From: an uncultured virus (IMG/VR IMGVR_UViG_3300027573_000022)
Taxonomy: Duplodnaviria > Heunggongvirae > Uroviricota > Caudoviricetes
DNA: 64,000 nt
Virus record (IMG/VR): IMGVR_UViG_3300027573_000022
Direction: 5' to 3' (one strand)
A program made the translations under genes and the position numbers. Shown here one piece after another: positions 37,200 to 46,017 of the stretch; the first letter of the stretch is position 1, and each line of letters opens with the position of its first letter. The notes under the pieces were generated by a model. It did no database searches, was not told the DNA's origin, and was given only the letters and a program-made list of their open reading frames with translations.

Positions 37200-38093
37200 T
37201 TAGTAGAGCGACCGGTCGATCTGGATGCCGACGTGCATGTACTGCTCCCAGGCGACGACGACCTCACGCTCGGCGTACACCACTGTGTGGTTGCGCAGTG
37301 CGTCCGTGACGGCCGACCACGCACCTTCATCCTCGGGATCATCGGGAATGTTCGGGATGGTCAACACCGGACCCAACCGGATCTGCGGCACGGGGGTCGC
37401 ATACGCCCACACGACGTCGGGTGTAGCGGGTTGCCCACCCGGACCTTGACCCGTGTAGCCGCGCCCGGGCACGATGAGGTTGCCCATGGGGCTGACGAAT
37501 CGTTGTCCGCCGCGTAGGCCCGGTTCCTTCGTGACGGAGCAGGTCTCCATCCACGGGACGATCTCGAACGGGCGAACGTGGAAGACGGCCTGCTGCCCGA
37601 CGGAGACGTCGGCGACGATGTCCTCGAGCGCGGCGAGTGCGCTGCGCGGTGAGAGTGGACCGCCCGCCGGGGTCGCGTCCACGAAGTTCGGGTTGCCGCC
37701 CGAGAGGGCGATAGCCTGCGTGCAGATGCCGAGGCTGTTTGTGTAGATCTCGTGCTCGATCAGCTTCGCCTGCGCGGCCTCGAGCTTGCGGGTCACGCGA
37801 CCCATCCAGTCGCGGGCCTCGAAGGCGAAGGTGCTGCTGCGATCCGCGGCCCAGACGATGAACGAGCAGAAGCACTCGGTGCCGCACTCGTAGGAGGTGT
37901 CCTTCGTTACCTCACCGTCGGTGCAGACGCCCTCCATGACGCCCGTGTTCTCGTTGCCCGAACCCTCGGGCAGCCAGCAGAAGCCGTTGGCCCAGTGAAG
38001 GTCGGGATCGAAGGTCTCGGGAACCGTGGTGAGCAGGCTGACGCTGGGCGGCAGCATGGGAGGTGCGTTGCGGGCCTCCACAGGGTTGGGCAT
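37200..38093 (-). CDS. Second capsid protein (major capsid pentamer-like)
   Basis: SLL...HWANGFCWLP, IEHEIY, ALAALE, VFHV.P, SPMGN.IVPG.GY, VYAERE; directly after the main capsid gene. Confidence 0.65.
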   Translation of the reverse strand: MPNPVEARNAPPMLPPSVSLLTTVPETFDPDLHWANGFCWLPEGSGNENTGVMEGVCTDGEVTKDTSYECGTECFCSFIVWAADRSSTFAFEARDWMGRVTRKLEAAQAKLIEHEIYTNSLGICTQAIALSGGNPNFVDATPAGGPLSPRSALAALEDIVADVSVGQQAVFHVRPFEIVPWMETCSVTKEPGLRGGQRFVSPMGNLIVPGRGYTGQGPGGQPATPDVVWAYATPVPQIRLGPVLTIPNIPDDPEDEGAWSAVTDALRNHTVVYAEREVVVAWEQYMHVGIQIDRSLY

Positions 38094-38119
38094 GACACCA
38101 TCCTCGCTCGTGGGTGGGA

Positions 38120-38141
38120 GGGAGGGGCCGTAGCCCCTCCC
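38120..38141 (-). terminator. GC-rich hairpin after the major capsid gene
   Basis: GGGAGGGGC-TACG-GCCCCTCCC, a perfect 9-bp stem with a UNCG loop; no U-tract. Confidence 0.6.
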
Positions 38142-38157
38142 CTAGGACCACCTTGAA

Positions 38158-39798
38158 CTAGCAGGTGATGACCGTCGCGCCGGTCGGGCCCGCACCGGAC
38201 GGGCAGACCGTGGAGGTCACCTGGTAGGACTCGATCCCGACGAACGCCAGGTTCTCGAACGTCTCGGCGAAGACCGAGTAGTCGTTCGTCTGGTTGAGCG
38301 TCGAGTCCCGCACGAGGCCGAGGTCCAGCGTTCCACCGTCGAGGAAGAGGAACGAACCCTCCGGGTAGAGGTACCAGACCACCGTGGTTGGGAAGCCGAG
38401 CATCGCGCCCGCGCTCTGCGCACCGAACTGCATACCCGCACCCGTCGGGGTGTCGAGGTAGAAGGTCGGCGTCACACCGCGTGAACGGAACCAGCTCGTG
38501 ATCATCTCATCGGTGATATAGCCCGCCTCGGGGAAGCCCGGGAACTGCTGACGAGCGATGTCCGCCCGCATCAGTTCCTTCGTCCACGACGGACCCGCCC
38601 ACCGGAACTGGCGGCTCTCGGTGATGCGGTGCCGGCTCTTGAAGCTGGCGAGCGCCTGGTCGATCTGCGGCAGCAGGGTGCGGGACGCACCGTACGTCGC
38701 CGCCGCCGTGATGGCCGTGGACGACGCGGCCAGCCGGTCCAGGAGCGCGGTCTCCGCGACCCGGGCGTGCTGCGCAAGCGACAGGGCCAGCCAGGTCTCG
38801 ACCTGCTCGGGGAACGTACGCGCCCCGAAGTTGCCGAAGATCAGATGGCGGTAGATCGCCTGGATGGTGACGGTCTGCTGCACGCCACACGTGACGCGGA
38901 GCGGAGCCTTCAGCGCCGTTGGCGGGTAGCCCGACGCATCCTGGGCGGCGGTGCGAATGCCGATGGCGTTCGCCAGGTCCGTGAGCCGCGGAGGTGTGAT
39001 GAACGTGATCGCACCGCGATCCGCACCGAACACTGGGAACATGTCCCGCACGGGACGATCAGCCCCGGACAGGTTCTGCAGCCCGTAGTACGGCTCGGCC
39101 GGGGCGCAGATGCCACCGGACGCGACCAGCGCCTGGGGATCCGCACCCTGCTCGAGTGCGGCGACCAGTGCGTCGACCTTCTCCTGGTTACCGGACGCCT
39201 CACCCTTCTTGAGCCAGCGCTCCTCGGGGAAGTCGGCCTTCACGGAGGCAACGATGACGCGGTCACCGTCGCCGGCCCGATCCACGCCACGGAAGTTGCC
39301 GCGCCGTGCGATGAACGCCTCGGCGACCGCGGTCATGTTCGGAAGCTCGGCGCCCGCCGGCGTGGCCGGGATGTCCGCGCCCGCCGTGATGACGTAGGGC
39401 TGGGCCGTCTTGGGAGTGGGCTCGGAACCCTCGGGAGCGTCGAGTCCGTTCGGACTCAGGCTCGCCGTGACCTCCTCGGGTGCGGGTTCCTCGGCCTCAG
39501 CCTCAGTGGCCTCAGCCTCGGGGGTCTCCTCGGCCGCGAGGGTCGTGCCCTTGACCTTGTCCTCGCTGGCGGCGACCTCGGAGTCGATCTCCTCGATCTG
39601 GGCCTTCAGCTCGGCACGGCGGGCGATCTCGTCGCGGACCTCGGTGAGCTCGGTGCGGAGTGCACCCAGCTCTTGGACGGACTCACTGGTGAGTTCGAGT
39701 TGGCGCTTCTCGTTGTAGCGAGTGGCCAGGTCGACCTCGAGGGTCGAGAGCTCTTCATCTGAGAACTCTGTGATGGGCTTGGGCACGGGCGTAGGCAT
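38158..39798 (-). CDS. Major capsid (hexamer-type) protein with an N-terminal scaffold-like region
   Basis: LVASGGICAP.EPYY, RTFPEQV, LDLGLVRDSTLN.TNDY.VF.E.FE; AAAGGAG RBS before ATG 39798. Confidence 0.85.
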   Translation of the reverse strand: MPTPVPKPITEFSDEELSTLEVDLATRYNEKRQLELTSESVQELGALRTELTEVRDEIARRAELKAQIEEIDSEVAASEDKVKGTTLAAEETPEAEATEAEAEEPAPEEVTASLSPNGLDAPEGSEPTPKTAQPYVITAGADIPATPAGAELPNMTAVAEAFIARRGNFRGVDRAGDGDRVIVASVKADFPEERWLKKGEASGNQEKVDALVAALEQGADPQALVASGGICAPAEPYYGLQNLSGADRPVRDMFPVFGADRGAITFITPPRLTDLANAIGIRTAAQDASGYPPTALKAPLRVTCGVQQTVTIQAIYRHLIFGNFGARTFPEQVETWLALSLAQHARVAETALLDRLAASSTAITAAATYGASRTLLPQIDQALASFKSRHRITESRQFRWAGPSWTKELMRADIARQQFPGFPEAGYITDEMITSWFRSRGVTPTFYLDTPTGAGMQFGAQSAGAMLGFPTTVVWYLYPEGSFLFLDGGTLDLGLVRDSTLNQTNDYSVFAETFENLAFVGIESYQVTSTVCPSGAGPTGATVITC

Positions 39799-39908
39799 GG
39801 TGCTCCTTTGGCACACGTTGACGCAGCGGATTCTTGAGTGGGTTACTCACCGCCGGCGGCTATGCCTCCCGTTGGTTCCTTACCCAGTGATCACCGTATC
39901 ACCCGTCG

Positions 39909-40343
39909 CTACCCGGTGAGGTGAAAGAACGGTTCCTGCTGGAACTGGGTACGCAACTCTTCAGTGTACTGATCGGGTGTCGGGATGAGAAAGGGTTGCC
40001 CGGGTGTGCCCGGGTGGTTTACCTCGTGGAACCGGTAGATGCCCGGACCGTACGGGCCGTCCGCCCAGTAGAAGACGAGGAGCGGCGCGTTGGACGCGGC
40101 GATGGTGTGTGGCTGAGTCGGGTACTCCACGTGTTCGGCGTAGTCAGCCTCGGCCGCGATGCGTACGACGACGCGGGTCTCCGACTCATCGACGACGGTC
40201 GGGTCCACGATGGAGTCACGCAGGAAGCCCGTTCGCACGGGTGCGTTCAGGCGTGCCTCATCCGTGAAGTACTGCGCGGTTCGAATCAATGTCTCCCGAC
40301 ACCCGAAGCGAAGCCGTTCACGAAGTGCGTCTGCGTTAGCCAC
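39909..40343 (-). CDS. HK97 gp10-like protein
   Basis: APVRTGFLRDSI, YAEHVEY.T.PH.I, VNHPGT.GQPFL. Confidence 0.75.
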   Translation of the reverse strand: MANADALRERLRFGCRETLIRTAQYFTDEARLNAPVRTGFLRDSIVDPTVVDESETRVVVRIAAEADYAEHVEYPTQPHTIAASNAPLLVFYWADGPYGPGIYRFHEVNHPGTPGQPFLIPTPDQYTEELRTQFQQEPFFHLTG

Positions 40344-42606
40344 CGCTGTCGTACTTGTCCATCATCTTGAAGATCTTGTCGGGATCGCCCGTGAAGGTAG
40401 CGGTGGAATGTCCCGACGGGCCGGCCTCACTGGTCATCCGCCCACCCACTCCGGCCTCCTTCGCCATCGCGGCGGCGCCCTGCTTTCCACCTACGACGTC
40501 GACATCATTCACCGTGGCACGACCGCCGTCCACCTGGATGCCGTACGTTTCCTTCAGCTCATCGGCACGGTCTGCACCCAGGCCGAACCCGGTCTTCGCG
40601 TCGACCTCAGCCTTGAGGGCGTCCATGCGGTCGCCCTGCATCGACCCACGTTCACCCGAGAACTTCTGTGACGTGCCGTCCGTCATCTTCACGGTGTAGG
40701 TACGCACCGATGGGTTGTCCGCCGTCGCCTTCGTCGCGGTGAACTTGACGGACTTCACGTCATCGAGTGACTTACCCTCACCGAGTTGCTTGAGTGCGGC
40801 GGCCGTGTCGGGGTGGGAACCGCTAGATTCTTTTCCCCCGTCAGACGACCCACCACCTCCCTCCGACGCGAAGCGGCCGTCGTCGTCACGGGCCTGCTCG
40901 AACTCCTCCACATCCTCGTCCTCGAAGACACCGATCGTCGAGCCGACGCGCCCGATCCGTGCAACGCGACGGGCACGTTGGGTTCGCATCACCTGCCCTA
41001 CCTTCGCCGGATCCTTCTCACGGGCAAACTCGACGGTCGGAAACACCTCGGCGGCGAGGGTCAACATCGTCGCCTCCATCGCCTCGAAGCGTGCGATGAA
41101 CTCGTCGTCGGTGCCGGGCACGTCATCCTCTGTGAACTCGAGGGTGGCAACGGGTGGGTTCAGCAACGCATCCTCGAGGCGGGCAAGCCGCTCGGCCAGG
41201 TTCTCCTCGGGTACGAGGACACCCGCCGCCACCAGGGCGACCGGAACGTCGGCCACGAGTTCGGCGCGGGCGCGCGGGACCGGGAAGCCCGGGGCGTTGA
41301 CGGCCAACGCCGCCAGCAGCTCGAGACTTCCGCCGATCTTGCGCCAGTCACCCGAGGGTGCGGACGCTCGAAGTGTGCGAAGCGTCGCCTCACTCACGTC
41401 GGGTCGAACGGCACCCGCGACCCAGATACCGATCGCGTCCTCACCGCAGGCGAGGTCGGCGACGGCGGTACCGGTGTTGTCGTAGTGTCGCGTCACGTCG
41501 TGTGGACTGAGGCGGGTCGATGTGGACGCGTGACCCGTGCCCAGGGTTAGCGGACCGGTCGCGACCTGCTTGCCCTCGCGGGTCAGCACCGCACCGGTGC
41601 GGAAGTACGCGTAGTCACTCTTGCTTGGCGGCGGGGTGAGGCACTGGCCCAGGTGGCCGGTGTGGCACGTTCCCCAGGTTGCCAGGTGCCCGTACACCCG
41701 ACCCTCATCCGTGATCGTCAGCGCGGTCGGGGCGGTCAGGTTCGGGTTCTCGAACCACGTCTCGGGTGGGCGACACGGAATGCAGTCGCCGTCGGCGGAC
41801 GCAACCAGGTTGACCATGAACTCGGCGGATGCGGCGACCGCCTCCTCGTTCGCGATGCGGGTGTTTCCGAACGCGGGAAAGGGAAGCACGGTGGTGCCGA
41901 TGATGACGCCCGACTTGATCAGCTGACTCATGCGGTCGCTGCCGTCCTCGGCGAGGGTGACCTCCGTGTCCGCATCGGCGATGTCCGCCGAGTTGCCCGT
42001 GAGGTACCCGCCGTCCACGAGAAGGTCGAGCTTCTCTCCCTCCGCGAGGGGGACGTAGTCACCGCGACCCCAGATCTGCGACGACTTGGGATCCTCGGTG
42101 CCGTCCTCGTTGCCGCGCCATGCCTCACGGATCGTTCCACCCAACTCCGAACCCTCGTGACCGGGCGTGTTCACGGTCTTGAACATGACCGGGAAGGGCG
42201 GGTCGCGCCACGTCAGCCCACCCTGGGCGAACGAACGCCCGTCGTTGGTGACCTTCGACTCATCGACGATGAGGATCTTGAACGTCTGCTTGCCCTCCTC
42301 GGGTGCGCGCTCATCCTCATCCTCGTCATCCTCAGTGTCGTCGGACGCCGCCTCCTCCTCCTCCTCCTCCTCGCCCTCTTCCTCGTCCTCGTCACTCGAG
42401 GCAACGAGTGCGGCGAGCTCGGCGGGTCCCTCGAACGCGGGCTCCCACGACGCGATGTCGAGGATCAGCTCGTCGGTGATGGGGGTGGAGAGTTCGGAAC
42501 GTGACAGGGTAGCGACCCGCGCGTTCGTCTCATCGTCGCGCAGGACGAGCCACCGGTCACCGTCCTCAGCTCGACCAATGACCTGGAACGTGTGCATGAT
42601 GGTCAT
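40336..42606 (-). CDS. Capsid maturation protease with a C-terminal extension
   Basis: T.DGR.F, PAF.NTRI, GRVYGHLATWGTCH, HYDNTG..VAD, GED.IGIWVAG, SGDWR, VN.PGFP; GAGGAG RBS. Confidence 0.8.
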   Translation of the reverse strand: MTIMHTFQVIGRAEDGDRWLVLRDDETNARVATLSRSELSTPITDELILDIASWEPAFEGPAELAALVASSDEDEEEGEEEEEEEAASDDTEDDEDEDERAPEEGKQTFKILIVDESKVTNDGRSFAQGGLTWRDPPFPVMFKTVNTPGHEGSELGGTIREAWRGNEDGTEDPKSSQIWGRGDYVPLAEGEKLDLLVDGGYLTGNSADIADADTEVTLAEDGSDRMSQLIKSGVIIGTTVLPFPAFGNTRIANEEAVAASAEFMVNLVASADGDCIPCRPPETWFENPNLTAPTALTITDEGRVYGHLATWGTCHTGHLGQCLTPPPSKSDYAYFRTGAVLTREGKQVATGPLTLGTGHASTSTRLSPHDVTRHYDNTGTAVADLACGEDAIGIWVAGAVRPDVSEATLRTLRASAPSGDWRKIGGSLELLAALAVNAPGFPVPRARAELVADVPVALVAAGVLVPEENLAERLARLEDALLNPPVATLEFTEDDVPGTDDEFIARFEAMEATMLTLAAEVFPTVEFAREKDPAKVGQVMRTQRARRVARIGRVGSTIGVFEDEDVEEFEQARDDDGRFASEGGGGSSDGGKESSGSHPDTAAALKQLGEGKSLDDVKSVKFTATKATADNPSVRTYTVKMTDGTSQKFSGERGSMQGDRMDALKAEVDAKTGFGLGADRADELKETYGIQVDGGRATVNDVDVVGGKQGAAAMAKEAGVGGRMTSEAGPSGHSTATFTGDPDKIFKMMDKYDSGG

Positions 42607-42607
42607 C

Positions 42608-45070
42608 TTACTCCTCCTCACCTGAAGTGAGCGTGAAGGACTGCACAACGGCGCACAGGCAGCCGTTGTGATCACCCGGGTGGTAGTACTCGGTACCGAG
42701 CCAGGCGTCGTCGGGGTTCACCTCGAGTGCCGGGTCACTCCACGATGTGAACGAGAGCCCGTCGAGGTCGAGGTGCGGGTCGAAGCTGTTGCGCACGGCG
42801 GGTCCGTAGTCCCACTGCATACCCATCGTCTGCACACCCTGGTCCTCGAGGATGGTCTCGGTGAGGGTGCCGGTGCCGACGCCACCCGTCGGCACCGACG
42901 GGTCCTCGCCACCACCTCCACCCGCGATGCGAAGCACGTCCCGCACCAAACCCGCGGGCACACGCACGTCATCGAACTCACCGACGGTCGCCGCGCCCGC
43001 ACCCGAGTCGAACAGACGACGACGGGAGAAGGCTAGCAGCCCAGCCATGAGTGCACCGGTGGCGACGACACCCGCCTCATCGAAGTGATCGGCGTAGCGG
43101 TTCTCGATGTCGTCGTACAGGTCGGCGAACTCGATGCCGCGTTCCTCCGCGACGGATTGGGCGATGTCCCGCATGGCCGCGACCTGCGCGTCGGCGATCC
43201 ATCTCTGGGCCTTGGACCGGAAGGGAATCAGCGCGGGGGCGAGCAGGTCGTTGTCGCCCAGATCCTCGAGCCCGTCCTCGGGTAGGTCAAGCTCATCGTC
43301 TACGGCGAAGCCGAGTGCACGCACCTTCTCCCGGCCCATGTGACACGCTAGATCCTCGTTGGCTATCCCGTCACTCAGGTGCATGCCGAACTGATCGTGT
43401 CGTGCCTTGGTGCGGATCTTCGCGCCGGCACGCTCGAGTGCACGCTGCACGGCGGCGTCGCCCGCGATCCGCAACCGCTGCATGAGGTCTTGGTCGAGGC
43501 GGGCGAGGCGCGTGCCCAATCGTGCAAGGCGACGACCCGGTGCGGCGGAGGCCAGCATCGTCGGAGGTCCGGGGGTCGTCGTCGTCGCGGCCGGGTTGGG
43601 ACGATCGGCCGTGGCGGGAATCGCCTTGGCCGCATCGGACGGCTTGTCGGGATCCTCCATACCGCGCTCCTCAGCGGTCTTATCCTCGAACGGTAGTGCC
43701 GGTGGCCCACCCTCGGCCTCAGGCGCGGCAGGCTCGGGCACCTCGCCCGTGACGGCCATCTTGGCGTCCGCGAGCTTGAGCCCGACCCGCATCGCGTACT
43801 CCTTGCCGTCCGGCTTGTCCGTCTCGGGAAAGTCGGACTCCCTGCGGAGTGCCGCGTCGCTGATAACGATGCGGTCGTGCAGGTCCTTGGCGTCACCCGA
43901 GCGATCGGGCTTCACCACCAAACCGGCCGGGTCGTACCAGATGATGTACTTCTCGGGGTCCTTGACACCCGCGCGCTTAGCCGCCGGCTGCAGGTAGCCG
44001 ATCGTCAGCGCGTCACACACCAGCTCAATGAAGGGCTGCAGGTGTGCCTTGAACGTCTGCTCCTCGATCTGCCACGCACCCCAGTGACTGACCTGGCTGG
44101 TGCCCAGGAGAACCTCAGGTGGGAGGTCGATGCCGACGGCCATGTTCTGCAGCGCCGTCTCACGCTTCTCCTTGAAGCGGGCGTCCTGCTTGCGGTCGAG
44201 CGTCATGTGCTGAAGCTGATCGAGGGCGTCGCCCTCGCCGGTCACGATGATCGGCACGACCTCCGAGGCGTGGCCAAACTGCTCGAGCGGTGTGGTGAGT
44301 GCACCCTGGAAGGCCTCCATCGTTGGGGTTGCATCCACACCGTGCACGAGTTGTCCCTGTCCACGCCGCACGTCGTCCGCACCTCGGGCGGGGAGTAGCA
44401 GGGAGTTCGGGAACTTGAGGATGCCGGCGCCGGCGATGCGGCTTCGGGAGAGCGCCTTCTCAGCCTGGGTCATCAGGATCAGAAGTTCGGCGTCATCGAG
44501 CACGGTCATCACCGACGAGTCGGCGAGACCCGAGTACTGCGGGCTCTCGTTCCAGATGCGGGTGACGTACGCGGCCTCGGGAAGCGGCACCTCCACCAGA
44601 CCCGGGCCTACCCGACGGCCGAAGGAGCGGTCACCGATGCGGGCGACGAGCTCGTCGATGGAAAGGACGATCCAGTTCTGGGTCTTGTCCGGTTCCTCCC
44701 ACCCGACGAGGTTCGCCTCGCCGCAGATGAAGAGGTTCGCACCGAAGTTGCGCAGCAGGGACGCCTGCCCGCCGCGCTTCGACTTCAGGTTCTTCACCGC
44801 CTGCTTGATGGCCTCGTTCGACGTGGGCTGCGGCTCGGTGCCCGGGTCGTCGTCATCCTCCTCGGCCGCGATGAGCTTGATCTTGGAGAGGGCGTTCCCG
44901 ACGAACCGACCCGCGAAGTGAAGTGGACCCGAGACGCGGTAGTACGCCCACGCACGCTGCTGCCACGGCTGACGCAGAAGCTGACGCTCGATGAGCTGAG
45001 TCGTCGACTTGATGTTCAGCTCGGCGGCTGATGCAACCAGGGAACTGGGAAGCCGCGGACGAAGTGCCAC
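42608..45070 (-). CDS. Portal protein fused to a MuF-like C-terminal domain
   Basis: WQQRAWAYY...LHFA.....NALS, SR.AGAG.L, D.PPEVLLG...HWGAWQIEE; C-terminal W.YG...H..LDG...PGDHNGCLC. Confidence 0.8.
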   Translation of the reverse strand: MALRPRLPSSLVASAAELNIKSTTQLIERQLLRQPWQQRAWAYYRVSGPLHFAGRFVGNALSKIKLIAAEEDDDDPGTEPQPTSNEAIKQAVKNLKSKRGGQASLLRNFGANLFICGEANLVGWEEPDKTQNWIVLSIDELVARIGDRSFGRRVGPGLVEVPLPEAAYVTRIWNESPQYSGLADSSVMTVLDDAELLILMTQAEKALSRSRIAGAGILKFPNSLLLPARGADDVRRGQGQLVHGVDATPTMEAFQGALTTPLEQFGHASEVVPIIVTGEGDALDQLQHMTLDRKQDARFKEKRETALQNMAVGIDLPPEVLLGTSQVSHWGAWQIEEQTFKAHLQPFIELVCDALTIGYLQPAAKRAGVKDPEKYIIWYDPAGLVVKPDRSGDAKDLHDRIVISDAALRRESDFPETDKPDGKEYAMRVGLKLADAKMAVTGEVPEPAAPEAEGGPPALPFEDKTAEERGMEDPDKPSDAAKAIPATADRPNPAATTTTPGPPTMLASAAPGRRLARLGTRLARLDQDLMQRLRIAGDAAVQRALERAGAKIRTKARHDQFGMHLSDGIANEDLACHMGREKVRALGFAVDDELDLPEDGLEDLGDNDLLAPALIPFRSKAQRWIADAQVAAMRDIAQSVAEERGIEFADLYDDIENRYADHFDEAGVVATGALMAGLLAFSRRRLFDSGAGAATVGEFDDVRVPAGLVRDVLRIAGGGGGEDPSVPTGGVGTGTLTETILEDQGVQTMGMQWDYGPAVRNSFDPHLDLDGLSFTSWSDPALEVNPDDAWLGTEYYHPGDHNGCLCAVVQSFTLTSGEEE

Positions 45071-45092
45071 GGGCGTATCCTACACTGAGGTC

Positions 45093-45377
45093 CTAGCGAT
45101 CGAGGCGATCGAGCAACCCGATCACGGCCGAGAAGGCGAAGGGACTGGCGATGATGGCGACACCTACGGGCCAGTGACGTACGAGAATGACTGCAACGAG
45201 TGACACCCAAAAGCCAATGCACCAGGAACAGTGAAGGAGCTCGTCAAGGTAACCGCCAGGCTTGAGACGCTCGGTGACCCACATGCGAGGTTTGTCCAGG
45301 ATCGAGTCCCGGGTGACCAGTCGGGTAACCCGGTACGAGGCGAGAGCGACCGCGAGGTAGATGTACCAGAAGGGCAA
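45093..45377 (-). CDS. DUF1360-like membrane protein
   Basis: LASYRVTRLVTRDSI...R...LLHCSWCIGFWVS; start uncertain. Confidence 0.75.
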   Translation of the reverse strand: MPFWYIYLAVALASYRVTRLVTRDSILDKPRMWVTERLKPGGYLDELLHCSWCIGFWVSLVAVILVRHWPVGVAIIASPFAFSAVIGLLDRLDR

Positions 45378-45637
45378 AGTAAGAACACCTTTCGTTGGCG
45401 CTGCACCGCACGTCGTTCGGTGAGGTTGAGCCCACCCCACAGGCCGTGCTGCTCGTGGTTCTCCAGGGCGTACTCTAGACACTCCTCACGTACCGGACAT
45501 CGGTTGCACACCGCACGCCCGTTCGCGAATGGGTCCTTGAGGCGACGATCCGGCTTGAAGAACAGGTCGGGATGCATCCCGACGCACGCACCTTCGTTCC
45601 ACCACGACGCCTGATCGAGGACTAGGTCAAGGAACAC
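45164..45637 (-). CDS. whiB: Second WhiB-family regulator
   Basis: W...GAC...PDLFF...CNRCPVREECLEYAL...GLWGG; the frame runs on over the next gene. Confidence 0.85.
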   Translation of the reverse strand: MFLDLVLDQASWWNEGACVGMHPDLFFKPDRRLKDPFANGRAVCNRCPVREECLEYALENHEQHGLWGGLNLTERRAVQRQRKVFLLCPSGTSTSRSLSPRTGLPDWSPGTRSWTNLACGSPSVSSLAVTLTSSFTVPGALAFGCHSLQSFSYVTGP

Positions 45638-45993
45638 TCGGACTCCAAGGCCCAGGCCAGGTCTGCATTCTCGGTGTCTCCCAGCAACTCTTGCACCCGG
45701 TCACGGACCTGCTCAAGTGATGCGATCCGTGAACGATGTTCCTCAGCCTCACCCGTGAGCTGGATGATCAGGTCGCGGGCGTCGTCGACCTCCTGCACCA
45801 GGGCCGGAAGGAGGATCTTCGCCTGCGCGATCAGTCGACCGCGGGCCGCCTCGAACAGTTGCTCGGGCCCGATGCAGACCAGTGAACCGTCCTCGCACTC
45901 CACCCGCCACCCGGGACTGGATCGCTCCGTGACCACCCACACACCGGGTCCCGCGTCATCCACAAGGCGTCGAATGAGGTCAAGTTCGAGCAT
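45622..45993 (-). CDS. Hypothetical protein
   Basis: PGVW...LIAQA..LLPALV.EV coiled-coil pattern. Confidence 0.6.
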   Translation of the reverse strand: MLELDLIRRLVDDAGPGVWVVTERSSPGWRVECEDGSLVCIGPEQLFEAARGRLIAQAKILLPALVQEVDDARDLIIQLTGEAEEHRSRIASLEQVRDRVQELLGDTENADLAWALESECSLT

Positions 45994-46017
45994 CCTGTGT
46001 ACACTATATCGAGGTTG

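Noticed and set aside
42300..42400. (CTC)n-rich tract
   Set aside because: Encodes an acidic Glu/Asp linker in the protease.
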